From: Selaginella moellendorffii
Taxonomy: Eukaryota; Plantae; Lycopodiophyta
Length of the DNA: 64,000 bases
Direction: 5' to 3'
Assembly: GCF_000143415.4 (NCBI RefSeq)
Contig: NW_003314269.1
Location: forward strand, 7,341 to 71,340
Of this stretch, positions 63,001-64,000 are shown piece by piece; position 1 is the first letter of the stretch; each line of letters starts with the position of its first letter. The notes beneath the pieces are model-generated. The model was not told the origin of the DNA and did no database searches. It saw nothing but the letters and a program-made list of their open reading frames with translations. Both the position numbers and the translations under genes were made by a program.

Positions 63001-64000
63001 ATATGAAGTTTAGCTTATAGATGTGTTGAGGAGGATGTTGTAGCTTATCAGTTGATCTATTAACACTTGAAATAAATTGTTGGATGGAGAAGGTGTGTAG
63101 TTGAGGCATTGACATTGCTAGCACTTGTGCTAGTGGAGATGATATTGTTATTTTGAGTGATGAGGAATTTTCCATAGAAATTGATTTTCCATGTCATTTT
63201 TCTTGTTAGTGTTTTTGGCTTCACATTAGATCTTGAAAGTAGTTAAAGAAGAGTGTTAGTGCAATGTGGATATCCGAAGATGTGGTCTTTGTGATCAAGC
63301 CTTAAATGTTCACTTTGCATTTTGTGGATGTTGGAGTTAGATGTCAGTTATATGGGCAAAGATGTTTGATGCTTAAGTATACTATGGGTCATGAGAGTTG
63401 GTGTTGAGGTGAACCTATGTGAAGTTGTAGATAGAACAAAGTTGGTTGAATCTTGAAAGTTTGTATTCCTGGACTGAGAGTCATTCTTTCTCTAGGATGG
63501 AAATTTTTTTGGCAAATTTTCTTAAACTTTTCCAATGGCTAATCTGTTGATCACTTTGCTCGAAAACCATTCTGTTTCGTAAGCCAGTACAAACTAATGA
63601 AAAGGTTAGAGTTGACTTTGGTTAGCTTAGGCCTTAGTATGTAGTTTGTATGATGCGACCTGAAAAGGATGCTAACTTTTGGGGTTAAGTCAATTGAGTT
63701 GGATAGAGTCTAGAGTTGGTGTAGAAAAGTGGCCATTGTGCTTTTCTAGAAAGATGACCCTTGTGCCTTTCTCTTAGTGCTATGCTTGGTGGCAGGTTGC
63801 ACCTTGCATTTCATTAAAACTCTATAAGAGTAGTGAGCTCTCATTGATCTTGATTTGGTCTTGGTGGCTTTGCGCCTTGGTTGAGGATGGTGATGTCCAA
63901 CTTAGGTTGTTGAGGTTTGAATGTTGGTACCCATACTATAGCTTTGTTTATGAGGAGGTTGTGTACCGATATGAGTTTCCATGATTTACCTTTAGTTTTC
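60035..64000 (+). mobile_element. LTR element: 5' LTR 60035-61641, PBS 61644-61654, decayed interior running out of the window
   Basis: LTR start TGTCGC matches 54915; LTR ends CACTACA, followed by TT-TGGTATCAGAG. Confidence 0.8.

Overview
Eukaryotic land-plant genomic DNA, not prokaryotic. Dense genes, mostly ~45-65 bp GT-AG introns and GC-rich exons suggest the lycophyte Selaginella (inference, no database check). Four zones. (1) 1-6582: a young LTR retrotransposon on the minus strand with a decayed, non-coding interior and LTRs carrying a 6/12-mer satellite. (2) ~6.6-22.6 kb: a rearranged accessory block bounded by a large inverted duplication. It holds an intact and a broken MATE transporter, two reciprocally broken tRNA-Arg copies, synaptotagmin and alkaline-ceramidase fragments, and four intact 3-exon genes from two families of trypsin-fold proteins that appear to lack the catalytic His/Ser. 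(3) 22.9-45.1 kb: a gene-dense block (ERF, acireductone dioxygenase, PGP phosphatase, CCCH-KH protein, TLDc protein, glutamate dehydrogenase, HAESA-like LRR-RLK, F-box/kelch, GATA factor, theta GST). (4) 46.4-64 kb: nested chromodomain-bearing Ty3/gypsy elements, TRIMs and decayed LTRs. Best leads: an animal/ciliate-type, antenna-bearing glutamate dehydrogenase in a plant; the clustered pseudo-protease families; and a non-RD kinase in a HAESA-like receptor. Gene models were spliced by hand and family assignments come from recalled motifs.
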